A stretch of DNA of 64,000 nucleotides from Patescibacteria group bacterium. Lineage in GTDB: Bacteria > Patescibacteriota > Minisyncoccia > UBA6257 > UBA9933. Made by a program: the position numbers and the translations under genes. The number at the start of each line of letters is the position of its first letter. Positions within the stretch are counted from its first letter, which is position 1. The stretch is taken from the NCBI GenBank assembly GCA_038078555.1, contig JBBTYQ010000001.1:60966-124965 (forward strand), read 5' to 3'. Positions 28,367-37,166 of the stretch are shown piece by piece. Under the pieces are notes generated by a model. The model was not told where the DNA came from. It ran no database searches and saw nothing but the letters and a program-made list of their open reading frames with translations.

Positions 28367-28738
28367 ATGACCTTAATTTATCGGATAATCTTCTTCTTTT
28401 TTTTAAACGTAATAGCGCTTTGGACCGCAGCTTATTTTGTCAAAGATTTTGAAATTTCCTCTGATTTTTTGAATTTTGCCACAGCCGCGGCTATTTTCGC
28501 GCTTATTAATATTTTTATCAAACCGGTTCTTAAGCTTGTTTTAGGCCCGATAATTATCATTACCTTCGGTTTGGGTATAATTTTGGTAAATGCTTTAGCG
28601 CTTTATATTCTTGACATTTTTTCCAGTGGCATTAATATTAAAGGATTATTGCCCTTGATTTATGCCACGCTTATTATAGGCGCGATAAACGTGCTTATAA
28701 GTTTTTCCGCTAAGCGACTTTATAAGAACAACGATTGA
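28367..28738 (+). CDS. YvlD-like / phage_holin_4_2 family membrane protein
   Basis: INIFIKPVLKLV..PIIIITFGL..ILVNAL; four TM helices; ATG at 28367 preferred over TTG at 28355. Confidence 0.8.
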   Translation: MTLIYRIIFFFFLNVIALWTAAYFVKDFEISSDFLNFATAAAIFALINIFIKPVLKLVLGPIIIITFGLGIILVNALALYILDIFSSGINIKGLLPLIYATLIIGAINVLISFSAKRLYKNND

Positions 28739-28789
28739 TTATTTTTGATTCAATCAATTTTAAGTTCAGCGAGTCGTTAGCTTAACAAT

Positions 28790-29008
28790 ATGCTTATATC
28801 AATTATTCAAATTATTGTTTCCGTTATTTTAATCATTTTGATTCTTCTTCAGGAAAGATCTTCCGGATTGTCGGGAATTTTTGGCGGCAGTGAGGGGGGC
28901 GTTTATTCTGTTCGCCGGGGAATGGAAAAAATTATTTTCAGCGCAACTATTGTTTTAATAATTATCCTTATAATTTTATCTTTAATCAGCCTTTTTGGGG
29001 TTAAATAA
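28790..29008 (+). CDS. secG: preprotein translocase subunit SecG
   Basis: ILLQERSSGLSGIFGG...RRGMEK between two TM helices. Confidence 0.92.
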   Translation: MLISIIQIIVSVILIILILLQERSSGLSGIFGGSEGGVYSVRRGMEKIIFSATIVLIIILIILSLISLFGVK

Positions 29009-30664
29009 ATGATTTTCGGACTTATCAAACTTTTTAAGTCTTTCTCGCGGAAAGAAATTATTGTTTTTGTTGTACTTTTTTTGGCATTTTTAGTTTCTGC
29101 TTCCTTGTTGCTTGCAAAATTTATCAGCGTTAATACTAAAATTTTGGCGGTTAGCGGAGGAAAATACGCGGAAGGAGCGGTAGGGCAACCGGCTTTTGTT
29201 AATCCGGTTTTGGCTTCAACTGATGTTGACAGAGATTTAGTTGAGCTTATTTTTAGCGACCTGGAGCGCATGGCGGAAAATTATAAGTCAGATGAAACCG
29301 GGAAAATTTGGCGCTATCGGCTTAAAGAAAACCTGTTTTGGCACGATAATAGGCCGATTACCAGCGATGATATAATTTTCACTATTGAGGCGATTAAGAA
29401 TCCCGATTCTTATTCCCCTCTTTTTATAAGCTGGCAGGGCGTTTCTGTTAATCGAATCAGCGAGCGCGAGATTGAGTTTAAATTGCCCGGATCTTATGTT
29501 TTTTTTAAAGATGCTTTGCGTGGCTTAAAGCCGATTCCTAAGCATATTTTTGCTGATATTCCAGCGGCTAATTTTCGGCTTTCCAATTATAATCTTGAGC
29601 CCATTGGAAGCGGGCCGTTTAAATTCGCCGGGTTTAAGAAAAAATCAGACGGCTATATTGTTTCTTATGATTTGGCTAAAAATGAAAATTATTTCGGAGA
29701 CAAAGCTTACTTGGACGGATTTAGTTTTGTTTTTTATACCGATGAATCTAGCTTGGTAAAGGCTTTTAATATGGGCATTATTGACGGCTTGGGCAATGTC
29801 AGCAAAGAAAGTCTTGGCAAAATTAATTTTCCAAGCAAAATTTTTTCTTTCAGAATGCTTAAATACTATGCGATTTTTTTAAATCCTTATGCCCAGCAGG
29901 GTCTAAAGGATAAAAATGTGAAAATGGCCTTAAGTTTAGCGATAGATAAAAATAAAATCATCGAAAAATCTTTTGGTCGTTATGCAGTGCCTGTTGCCGG
30001 GCCGTTAGTTGATGGAGCTGATGGATTTTCTAGCCTTGTTTATCCGGAAGAGATTTTTTCTTTGGAAAAATCCGTTCAAGTTTTTGAAGCCTCTGGTTGG
30101 ACTCTAGGCGAAGATAATATCAGGCAAAAGCAGTTTGGCAATGAGCTTGTCAGGTTGGATTTTAATTTGGTGGTGCCCAATAATCAGTTTCTGGTTGAAA
30201 CCGCTAATTTGATAAAAGAAGACTGGTTTAAAGCGGGCGTAAAATTAAATCTTTCTATCCTCCCGCTTTCGAGCATCAACGGCGATATTATTAAAAACAG
30301 AGATTATCAAATGATTCTGTTTGGAAATATAATAGGAGAAAGCCCGGATTTATTTTCCTTTTGGCATTCTTCGGAAAGATTTTATCCGGGTTATAACTTG
30401 GCGCTTTATGAAAATAAGTCGGCGGATAATCTAATAGAATTAATAAGAAAAAATTTTAACGATGAGAAAAGATATTCCGATTTGGCAAGTTTGCAGTCGC
30501 TGATTATCGGCGACCAACCCGCGTTTTTTCTTTATTCCCCTAATTATGTTTATGTCAGCAAGAAAAAACTTGGCGGCTTGGAGGAATATGCCATTTCTCT
30601 GCCCAGCGATCGGTTTAAGAACGCTGAAAAATTGTTTGTGAAAACAGCAAGAGCGCTGAAATAA
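29009..30664 (+). CDS. peptide ABC transporter substrate-binding protein (family 5)
   Basis: GQPAFVNPV, WHDNRPITSDDIIFT, PIGSGPFK, FWHSS. Confidence 0.88.
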   Translation: MIFGLIKLFKSFSRKEIIVFVVLFLAFLVSASLLLAKFISVNTKILAVSGGKYAEGAVGQPAFVNPVLASTDVDRDLVELIFSDLERMAENYKSDETGKIWRYRLKENLFWHDNRPITSDDIIFTIEAIKNPDSYSPLFISWQGVSVNRISEREIEFKLPGSYVFFKDALRGLKPIPKHIFADIPAANFRLSNYNLEPIGSGPFKFAGFKKKSDGYIVSYDLAKNENYFGDKAYLDGFSFVFYTDESSLVKAFNMGIIDGLGNVSKESLGKINFPSKIFSFRMLKYYAIFLNPYAQQGLKDKNVKMALSLAIDKNKIIEKSFGRYAVPVAGPLVDGADGFSSLVYPEEIFSLEKSVQVFEASGWTLGEDNIRQKQFGNELVRLDFNLVVPNNQFLVETANLIKEDWFKAGVKLNLSILPLSSINGDIIKNRDYQMILFGNIIGESPDLFSFWHSSERFYPGYNLALYENKSADNLIELIRKNFNDEKRYSDLASLQSLIIGDQPAFFLYSPNYVYVSKKKLGGLEEYAISLPSDRFKNAEKLFVKTARALK

Positions 30665-30689
30665 TTTTTATTTGTAAATAATAATATTT

Positions 30690-30775
30690 GCCCCCGTGGC
30701 GGAACTGGCAGACGCGTACGCTTCAGGAGCGTATAGCCTATGGCTGTAGAGGTTCAAGTCCTCTCGGGGGCACCA
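30690..30775 (+). tRNA. tRNA-Leu(CAG)
   Basis: GCCCCCG/CGGGGGC acceptor; TACGC-TTCAGGA-GCGTA; long variable arm; GGTTCAAGTCC; ACCA end. Confidence 0.96.
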
Positions 30776-30937
30776 AACTGGATATAGAGAAATACTTTTG
30801 GGCCAAGTATTTTACGCTGGCAAAAAAACATTAAATTAAAAAATAAAATATAATAAAAAAAACGAAACATTGATTTTGCGAGAACGACAAAATTAATCTG
30901 TCATCCTCGTAATCAATTAATGATTTCGCATTATTAA

Positions 30938-32659
30938 ATGATTAAGCAAAAAATAATTAAACCGATTCGTAAAGCTGTCACAGTACCAGTAAAAGAAAAT
31001 GAAGCAGTGCGTTTTGTCGCTTTGGGCGGATTGGAAGAAATCGGCCGCAATATGATGTTTTTCGAGCATAAAGATGAGATTGTTATTATTGATGCCGGCT
31101 TGCAATTTCCTGAAGAAACTACTCCGGGCATCGATTTTATTATCCCCAATGTTTCTTATTTGGAGGCAAAAAAGAAAAACATAAAAGCCTTGGTTATTAC
31201 TCACGGGCATTACGATCACATTGGTGCCATTCCTTATATTATGGAAAAAATCGGCAACCCCACTATTTATACTACGGCTTTAAATAAAGCTATTATCAGC
31301 CGGCGTCAGGAAGAATTTACAAATGCGCCGAAGATTGATTTTGAATTGATAAAAGCCGGAGAAACCCGTCAATTATCGGAGCATTTCAAAGCGATATTTT
31401 TCGGCGTTGCTCATACTATTCCCGACAGCATCGGCGTTATTCTGGATACGCCCGCCGGAAATATGGTTTATCCCGGAGATTTTAGGCTTGATTATGATAT
31501 TGATGGAAAGCCGAAAGATATGGAAGTTTGGAAATTCATAAGCGAACATAAAATTCACTCGTTATTTTTAGATTCCACTGGAGCGGATAAAGAAGGTTAT
31601 TCTATTTCGGAAAGAGTTGTGGAGGCGGAAATCGAAAAAATTTTCAAAAAATCAGACGGCCGCATTATCATCGGAACATTTGCTTCGTTGCTGGAACGAT
31701 TGGCGGAAATTATAAAAATCTCGGAACGCCACAACCGGAAAGTATTTATCAGCGGTTTTTCAATGAAAGCCAATATTCAAATCGCCCAAAGTCTGGGCTA
31801 TATGAAAATTAAAAAAGAAACAATTATTCCTTTGGAGGAGATTAATAAATATCGGGACGATAAAATCGTGGTGTTATGCACCGGCGCTCAAGGAGAGCCA
31901 AATGCAAGCTTAATGCGCATTGCCAATGGCGAACACAAGCAAATTCAAATTAAAAAAGGCGACACCATTATTCTGTCGTCTTCAATTGTGCCCGGTAATG
32001 AGCGCAGTGTTCAGATTTTAATGGACGACATTTCCCGTCAAGGCGGCATTATTTATCATTCCAAAATGGTTGATATCCACTCCAGCGGCCATGCGCCTCA
32101 AGAAGAATTGAAAATAGTGATGAAAACAATAAAGCCAAGATTTTTTATTCCCGTGCACGGTTATTATTTCATGCGCTGGAGAAGTACTCAGCTCGCTCAA
32201 GAAACTTTAAAGCTTAAAGAAGAAGAAACTGTTTTGGTTGATAACGGCCAAGTTGTTTCTTTAACAAAAAATTCAGCTACTATTACCGAAGAAACAGTGC
32301 CGATTTATTATGTGATGGTTGATGGACTAGGAGTGGGCGATGTTGGCGAGGTGGTTTTAAGAGACCGAAGAGTATTGGCTCAAGAAGGCATGGTGGTGAT
32401 TATTACCACATTAGACCGGAAAACCGGACGATTTTTGAAAAATCCGGATATTATTTCCCGCGGATTTATTTATCTTAAAGAAAATAAAGAATTAGTGGAA
32501 GAATTAAGAAAACGCATTCGCGGACTTATTAGCCGCGTTCCTTATCAGCAAATTGAAGCTGATTATCTTAAGGCGATGATGCGCGATCAATTAGGCCAAT
32601 TTCTTTATACTAAGACCAAACGCCGGCCGATGATTTTGCCGGTAGTTATTGAAGTATAG
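30938..32659 (+). CDS. rnj: ribonuclease J
   Basis: LGGLEEIGRNM, THGHYDHIG, TGAQGEP, HSSGHA, PVHG, RRPMILPV. Confidence 0.96.
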   Translation: MIKQKIIKPIRKAVTVPVKENEAVRFVALGGLEEIGRNMMFFEHKDEIVIIDAGLQFPEETTPGIDFIIPNVSYLEAKKKNIKALVITHGHYDHIGAIPYIMEKIGNPTIYTTALNKAIISRRQEEFTNAPKIDFELIKAGETRQLSEHFKAIFFGVAHTIPDSIGVILDTPAGNMVYPGDFRLDYDIDGKPKDMEVWKFISEHKIHSLFLDSTGADKEGYSISERVVEAEIEKIFKKSDGRIIIGTFASLLERLAEIIKISERHNRKVFISGFSMKANIQIAQSLGYMKIKKETIIPLEEINKYRDDKIVVLCTGAQGEPNASLMRIANGEHKQIQIKKGDTIILSSSIVPGNERSVQILMDDISRQGGIIYHSKMVDIHSSGHAPQEELKIVMKTIKPRFFIPVHGYYFMRWRSTQLAQETLKLKEEETVLVDNGQVVSLTKNSATITEETVPIYYVMVDGLGVGDVGEVVLRDRRVLAQEGMVVIITTLDRKTGRFLKNPDIISRGFIYLKENKELVEELRKRIRGLISRVPYQQIEADYLKAMMRDQLGQFLYTKTKRRPMILPVVIEV

Positions 32660-32710
32660 TTCGTTAGCTTGATAGATCGTTAGCTTGGCAGCCTATTAAA
32701 ATAAGTTAAT

Positions 32711-34003
32711 TTATTTCCCCTCTCCTCTCTTCTTTTTATTCTCTTTTTGTTCGAAAATTTTAATCACGCCGTATTCGCCGTCATAGCCAGGACGGATTTT
32801 TACTCTGCCTTCTCTTACGCGTTTTATGCCTTCGGCAATACGGCCGTCAGTTGACGACTTAAGTTCGTTTTCATTTACGTTTAGTAGGATATTCAATTCA
32901 TTATTAAAATTTTTAATGAGCTTATCGTATTCTTTCTTTACTGCTTTGGTTTTGACGCCCGCATCAAATACTTCGGCAATGATTTCATCAAGCTTAATGA
33001 GATTGTAATATGGGATACGATTGTTATGTTGGTGAAAATTAGTGCCGGAAGAAATTTTTATCTCCGGCCGGTCGGCTAATTGTTTTATGCGATTCATTAC
33101 TCCGATAGTCAAAGGTTTGCCGCATACAGGGCAAAGACCGCCATGTTTTTTTGTTTCTTCCGGATTAAAAACAATTCCGCATGCGCGATGGCCGTCAAAA
33201 TGGTATTTACCCTCCTCTGGAAAAAATTCTATAGTGGCGATGAATTTTTTAGGGTCTCGGGATTTGATTGCTTTGATTATTCCCGCATAAGAAAGTTCTG
33301 TATCAAAAATATTCGCTTCTCGGCCAATGCGTTCCAAGCTATGGGAATCGGAATTGGAGATAAAAGAGATATTGTCTAGCTTTGATAAGCGCCAGTTCAT
33401 AGCCGGGTCGCTGGATAGCCCCGTTTCAATAGCAAAAATATTTTTTGAGTATTTTCCGAAACATTCCTTAATAGAATCAAAACCGCTCATTGAGCCGAAA
33501 ACAGAAAACCATGGAGTCCATGCATGAGCCGGAATAATTACCGCCTCGGGATTAACGGTAAAAACAATTCTTGCCAATTTTTCGCTATCAAGCCCTAAAA
33601 TCGGCCGGCCGTCGGATTTCAAATTGCCGATATAGGAAAGCTGAGCGTTGATTTTTTCTGCCGTTTCAATATCAGGCGCAAAAACCAAGTTATGAACTCT
33701 CCGCGTTTTTCCTGCTCTGGAATAAATGCCGGATATTTCCACGCTTAACAAAAATCTAGTATTGCTGAAAGTTCCTTTAATCGTTTCTTTCTTATATTGA
33801 TTTTTTAATTTAAAAAGACCCGGTTCGGCTGGCTCAAGTTTTTCTTTTATTTCTCCTAGCCATTTTGGATGAGTAAAGTCCCCTGTTCCCATCACAAGAA
33901 TTCCCTTGTCGTCAGCCCAAGCGTCAAGACTTTCTAAATTCATTGATTTGCTGGTGGCGCGGGAGTATTTGGAATGGATATGAAGGTCCGCGATAAATTT
34001 CAT
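32711..34003 (-). CDS. endonuclease Q family (PHP domain + zinc ribbon); strand is - (track label wrong)
   Basis: CAT at 34001-34003; DLHIHSKYSRATS, GTGDFTHP, PAHAWTP, ETGLSSD, NSDSHS, GKYHFDGHRAC, CPVCG, PGYDGEYG. Confidence 0.88.
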   Translation of the reverse strand: MKFIADLHIHSKYSRATSKSMNLESLDAWADDKGILVMGTGDFTHPKWLGEIKEKLEPAEPGLFKLKNQYKKETIKGTFSNTRFLLSVEISGIYSRAGKTRRVHNLVFAPDIETAEKINAQLSYIGNLKSDGRPILGLDSEKLARIVFTVNPEAVIIPAHAWTPWFSVFGSMSGFDSIKECFGKYSKNIFAIETGLSSDPAMNWRLSKLDNISFISNSDSHSLERIGREANIFDTELSYAGIIKAIKSRDPKKFIATIEFFPEEGKYHFDGHRACGIVFNPEETKKHGGLCPVCGKPLTIGVMNRIKQLADRPEIKISSGTNFHQHNNRIPYYNLIKLDEIIAEVFDAGVKTKAVKKEYDKLIKNFNNELNILLNVNENELKSSTDGRIAEGIKRVREGRVKIRPGYDGEYGVIKIFEQKENKKKRGEGK

Positions 34004-34176
34004 TTTTAAATTTTATCACAAAAAACGTTAAAGAGCGTTAAAAGGCTAAAAGGCAAAGGCACCGAGCCATTTTTTGATTCTCTGATTATAGGTTTTGCTC
34101 GAACAAGTTAGTTCTGGTGCCGAGGGCGGGACTTGAACCCGCATGCCTTACGGCGCTAGCTCCTAAAGCTAGTGCG

Positions 34177-34311
34177 CCCCGCACTAAATTTTTAAACTTT
34201 GCTTACTTGTGCCGGAGGAGAGATTTGAACTCTCACGAGCTTACGCTCACAGCGCCCTAAACGCTGCGTGTCTGCCATTTCACCACTCCGGCAAAATTAG
34301 TGCGGGGTAAA
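34177..34311. mobile_element. 135-nt insertion bounded by inverted repeats, carrying a tRNA
   Basis: CCCCGCACTAA(ATT) at 34177 and (AAA)TTAGTGCGGGG-TAAA ending at 34311. Confidence 0.6.
34210..34292 (-). tRNA. intact tRNA-Leu(TAG) nested inside the split tRNA
   Basis: GCCGGAG/CTCCGGC acceptor; CAGCG-TTTAGGG-CGCTG; variable arm GAGCGTAAGCTC; GAGAG-TTCAAAT-CTCTC; no CCA encoded. Confidence 0.9.
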
Positions 34312-34319
34312 TCTGCCAG

Positions 34320-34353
34320 CCTGCCCCGTATACAGCTTTGCTGTTCTGCGGGG
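34320..34353. repeat. 34-nt hairpin insertion in the tRNA D-loop
   Basis: CCTG-CCCCGTATACAGC-TTT-GCTGTTCTGCGGGG. Confidence 0.7.
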
Positions 34354-34391
34354 TTTCGCCACCTCGGCTTTATTGACTTCAGTATAAATAG

Positions 34392-34811
34392 ATGTTTTGT
34401 TTAATCAAGCACCTTAACTTTAACAAAAATGGAGAGCCTAAGATGGAAGAGATAAAAGAGACGAAAGGAGGAATTGAGGTCAGAGAAACGGCAAGATCGC
34501 TTAAAAATAAATTTATAGCCCTTGTTCAGAAATATTGTCCCAATTTTCAAGTAGACGACGGCATAGAAAACCTCGCTTTTTTTAAAAAAGAAAGTTTATT
34601 TTCAAAAATTTTTATCGGCAAAGAAAAATCAGTTATGTATGTGTTTCGTTTGGACGGAAATATTGGAGGTTTGGATCTTTTCGAAGCCGGAGAATGGTCG
34701 GATATAAAAATTGTGGCTGAAGAGGAAAAATATCTTGTTGGTGTTATAAAGATTGCCGGTGAGTATGGAAAAATCAGCGGGAAAAGAGTGGTTATTGATA
34801 GAAGTTTTTAA
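34392..34811 (+). CDS. hypothetical protein
   Basis: Open frame; likely start is ATG 34443 after GGAGAG; followed by a hairpin terminator at 34830-34859. Confidence 0.6.
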   Translation: MFCLIKHLNFNKNGEPKMEEIKETKGGIEVRETARSLKNKFIALVQKYCPNFQVDDGIENLAFFKKESLFSKIFIGKEKSVMYVFRLDGNIGGLDLFEAGEWSDIKIVAEEEKYLVGVIKIAGEYGKISGKRVVIDRSF

Positions 34812-34863
34812 TTTTCGGAAATTTATTTAAATATGCCAGGCATTGCTTGGCATATTTTATTTA

Positions 34864-34917
34864 TTGACTTTTGCAAAGAAGTATGGTATATTTAAAACTT
34901 AAATAAGCTCTTTAACA
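34864..34917 (+). promoter_or_regulatory. sigma70 promoter plus boxA-like element
   Basis: TTGACT-17-TATATT; GCTCTTTAACA at 34907-34917. Confidence 0.6.
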
Positions 34918-34962
34918 CTAAGTCAATAAGGAAGAAATGATATAAAAACAACTTAAAGGAGG

Positions 34963-36174
34963 ATGTTTATGAATGGCGAGAAAATAAAGAGTTTTGGCAA
35001 AGTTTTTTGGGGACCAGTGGTGATTGTTTGCGGAGTTTCTTTTTTTCTTGATCTTGTTTGGTTATCAAGATACTCAATGTCAGGAGAAGCGTTTGGTTTA
35101 GATATAAAGTGGAACTGGGGTTTGGCCGCGTTTCTTGCTCAATTGTTTTATCTTATAGCCAGTCTTCGGATGGTTGGACCTACGGAACTCGGGGCAAGGC
35201 TTTTTTTCGGAAAGCCTTTAAGCGAAATTTCATCTGGCTTGGTTTTTATTCCATTCGGGATTTGTGAGCTTAAGACAGAAACTCGGCTTACAATTCAGGA
35301 TGAAATTCCTGGTCCGCCCGAGCGCATCTGGAGAGAAAAGAAAGGGGAAGAAGGAGGAGAAGTTCCTTTAGGATATGTCCCTCCCATTAGGATTCCCTTC
35401 GGGTTTCCAAGAAGCGCAAAAGATCTCAAGGATTTAAGCATCAAGACTCCGGGGGGAGATGGGAAGCATTTAGATGCTCCGCCTGAAAATGATGCGCTCA
35501 ATATCAGAATTACAGCTGAAGTTGTTCCGGTAATACGTTGGCGAATTTCGGACTATCTTAAATTTTTAACCACAATCGGAAGCAGAGAAGAGGCGCGCAG
35601 GCAATTAGAAGACTGCGCTGTCGGCTCTCTTATAAGAGAATTTGCTAAGATTGCGCCTGCAGTTGCCTTGGCGAATCTCGGGACATACAGCTTTAATCTA
35701 GGAAAAGAAATAGAAGAACGGATTAAAGGATGGGGCATCGAGTTGGTGAGCTCTCAGATCAAAATGATTCAGTTTCATCGCGACTTGAATGAAGCCATAA
35801 GTAAGGTGTCGCAGGCAAAACTTGAAGCCGAAGCTCTTATTGCTTCGGCTGAAGCAAGAAAAAAAGAAGAACATCTTTTAGGTGAAGGAAAAGGAGCTGC
35901 GGAAAAAGCTGTACTTGACGGAAGAACGGAAGGTTTAAGAAATATGATAAAAGCGCTTGAAGTGCCGGCGCAGGTTATAATCGGCGCAGAAACAGCCAGG
36001 AAGATTACAGAAAATCCGGGTCAGAAAACAATAGTTGCCGGATCAGCTGGATTTGCTGATCTTATGGCAATAGGTTCTGTTTTAGGAGAGTCTCTCAAGG
36101 GAGAATCTCCAAAAAAAGAGTCTCTTAAGAAAGATTTTAAGAAAGAAGAGAATAAAAAGGAGGAGAAAAAATGA
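34963..36174 (+). CDS. SPFH/band-7 domain membrane protein
   Basis: Two TM helices; VGPTELGARLFFGK..SGLVF; WRISDYLKFL; GWGIELVS; Ala/Glu-rich coiled tail; AAGGAGG SD. Confidence 0.75.
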   Translation: MFMNGEKIKSFGKVFWGPVVIVCGVSFFLDLVWLSRYSMSGEAFGLDIKWNWGLAAFLAQLFYLIASLRMVGPTELGARLFFGKPLSEISSGLVFIPFGICELKTETRLTIQDEIPGPPERIWREKKGEEGGEVPLGYVPPIRIPFGFPRSAKDLKDLSIKTPGGDGKHLDAPPENDALNIRITAEVVPVIRWRISDYLKFLTTIGSREEARRQLEDCAVGSLIREFAKIAPAVALANLGTYSFNLGKEIEERIKGWGIELVSSQIKMIQFHRDLNEAISKVSQAKLEAEALIASAEARKKEEHLLGEGKGAAEKAVLDGRTEGLRNMIKALEVPAQVIIGAETARKITENPGQKTIVAGSAGFADLMAIGSVLGESLKGESPKKESLKKDFKKEENKKEEKK

Positions 36175-36716
36175 GATTGGAGATGATTGTCTTCTTTGGT
36201 GCATTAGCGGCGATGATTTTTTATATGCTTCGCCGTCAAAGAATCAGAACTAAAGAAGCTAAAACAAATGGGCAGATAGGACCTGAAAAGCCAGCTAAGG
36301 ATGTTGTTAAAAAAGAAAAGAAAAAAAGCAGCATTTTTGGCACGGTGATAGTTCTTCTGATACTCGTACCTATCGGTTATTTGGGGTATGAGAAGTTAAG
36401 AGAAACTCAGCCGAGAACGCAGGCGATGGAATACGCGCTTTGCGCCGGAGGCGTTTATGACTTTGCCAATAACAAAATTCCTGGTAAAGTGCGAGTTGTT
36501 TTTAGGAATGATTGCTGGACTCAAGTAACTCTTCCTGCCACGGTAAGAGCCAGGACCGATTTCGACACAGATGCCGAGCTTGTTTTCATCGACGGAGCGC
36601 GGTATGTCGACGGTCCGGGCCGTCAGATATGGTACGGGAAATTCAGTCGCGAACTTTTTAAAGTTCGCGGAATAACTTCAAATGGGATTTTAAAAATCTC
36701 GTTTGAAGTAAGGTAG
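36171..36716 (+). CDS. membrane-anchored hypothetical protein
   Basis: ATGA overlap with the SPFH gene; AGGAGG SD; two hydrophobic segments. Confidence 0.7.
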   Translation: MRLEMIVFFGALAAMIFYMLRRQRIRTKEAKTNGQIGPEKPAKDVVKKEKKKSSIFGTVIVLLILVPIGYLGYEKLRETQPRTQAMEYALCAGGVYDFANNKIPGKVRVVFRNDCWTQVTLPATVRARTDFDTDAELVFIDGARYVDGPGRQIWYGKFSRELFKVRGITSNGILKISFEVR

Positions 36717-36748
36717 TAAGAAAAAAAGAAAGGAGAGTGATAAAAATC

Positions 36749-36782
36749 AAAAGCCCCCGCATTTTATTGCGAGGGCTTTTTT
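36749..36782. terminator. bidirectional terminator
   Basis: AAAAGCCCCCGCA-TTTTAT-TGCGAGGGCTTTT between convergent genes. Confidence 0.75.
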
Positions 36783-36809
36783 ATTTAACTGTAAAAACTA
36801 AAAACTAAT

Positions 36810-37166
36810 TTATCCTAAGAAGTTTGCCACAATTCTGTCTAAGGCAAATGCCAGAAGCGCAACAACTATTGCTATTGCGGCGTAAATAATTTGGTTTTTT
36901 GCATTGCCGACTTTTTCCGGATCGCCTCCGGATGTCAAATAAGTGAATGCCGCAAAAAGAATAAAGAACGCGGCAACCACAAAGAAAAGCGTATAAACCC
37001 AGCCTAAAATTCTCGTTACCACCGCATATAATCCCTGAATGTCGCTTATATTAGAAGGATTCGGCGCTCCGCCTCCGGGAAGAGGTGGTATTGTCAAAGC
37101 TAATGATGAGCTTGCGAATATCGATAAGCCGATAAGGACAGTTAATAAAATTAGGGAAATTTTCAT
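36810..37166 (-). CDS. VirB2/TrbC-like pilin
   Basis: Signal peptide + TM-YLTSGGDPEKVGNAKNQIIYA-TM. Confidence 0.85.
   Translation of the reverse strand: MKISLILLTVLIGLSIFASSSLALTIPPLPGGGAPNPSNISDIQGLYAVVTRILGWVYTLFFVVAAFFILFAAFTYLTSGGDPEKVGNAKNQIIYAAIAIVVALLAFALDRIVANFLG

Larger units (their letters stand above)
34115..34368 (-). tRNA. tRNA-Leu(TAG) split into three segments (34368-34354, 34319-34312, 34176-34115) by two D-loop insertions; functional status unknown
   Basis: Joined segments give an 85-nt cloverleaf GCCGAGGTGGCGAAA|CTGGCAGA|CGCACTAGCTTTAGGAGCTAG...GCGGGTTCAAGTCCCGCCCTCGGCACCA with all stems intact. Confidence 0.8.

Noticed and set aside
28355-28738. Holin-family gene as evidence of a prophage
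   Set aside because: YvlD-like proteins are common chromosomal genes; no phage structural, lysin or integrase genes are nearby.
32711-34003. ORF track lists the 430-aa PHP protein on the plus strand
   Set aside because: The start codon appears as CAT at 34001-34003 and the stop as TTA at 32711, so it is on the minus strand.
34115-34176. tRNA 3' fragment as an attR of an integrated element
   Set aside because: Its sequence differs from the inner tRNA, and its own complementary 5' half is present at 34354-34368.
34177-34353. Group I intron or bulge-helix-bulge intron in the tRNA
   Set aside because: The inserts are too short for a group I core, are not in the anticodon loop, and show no clear BHB at the junctions.
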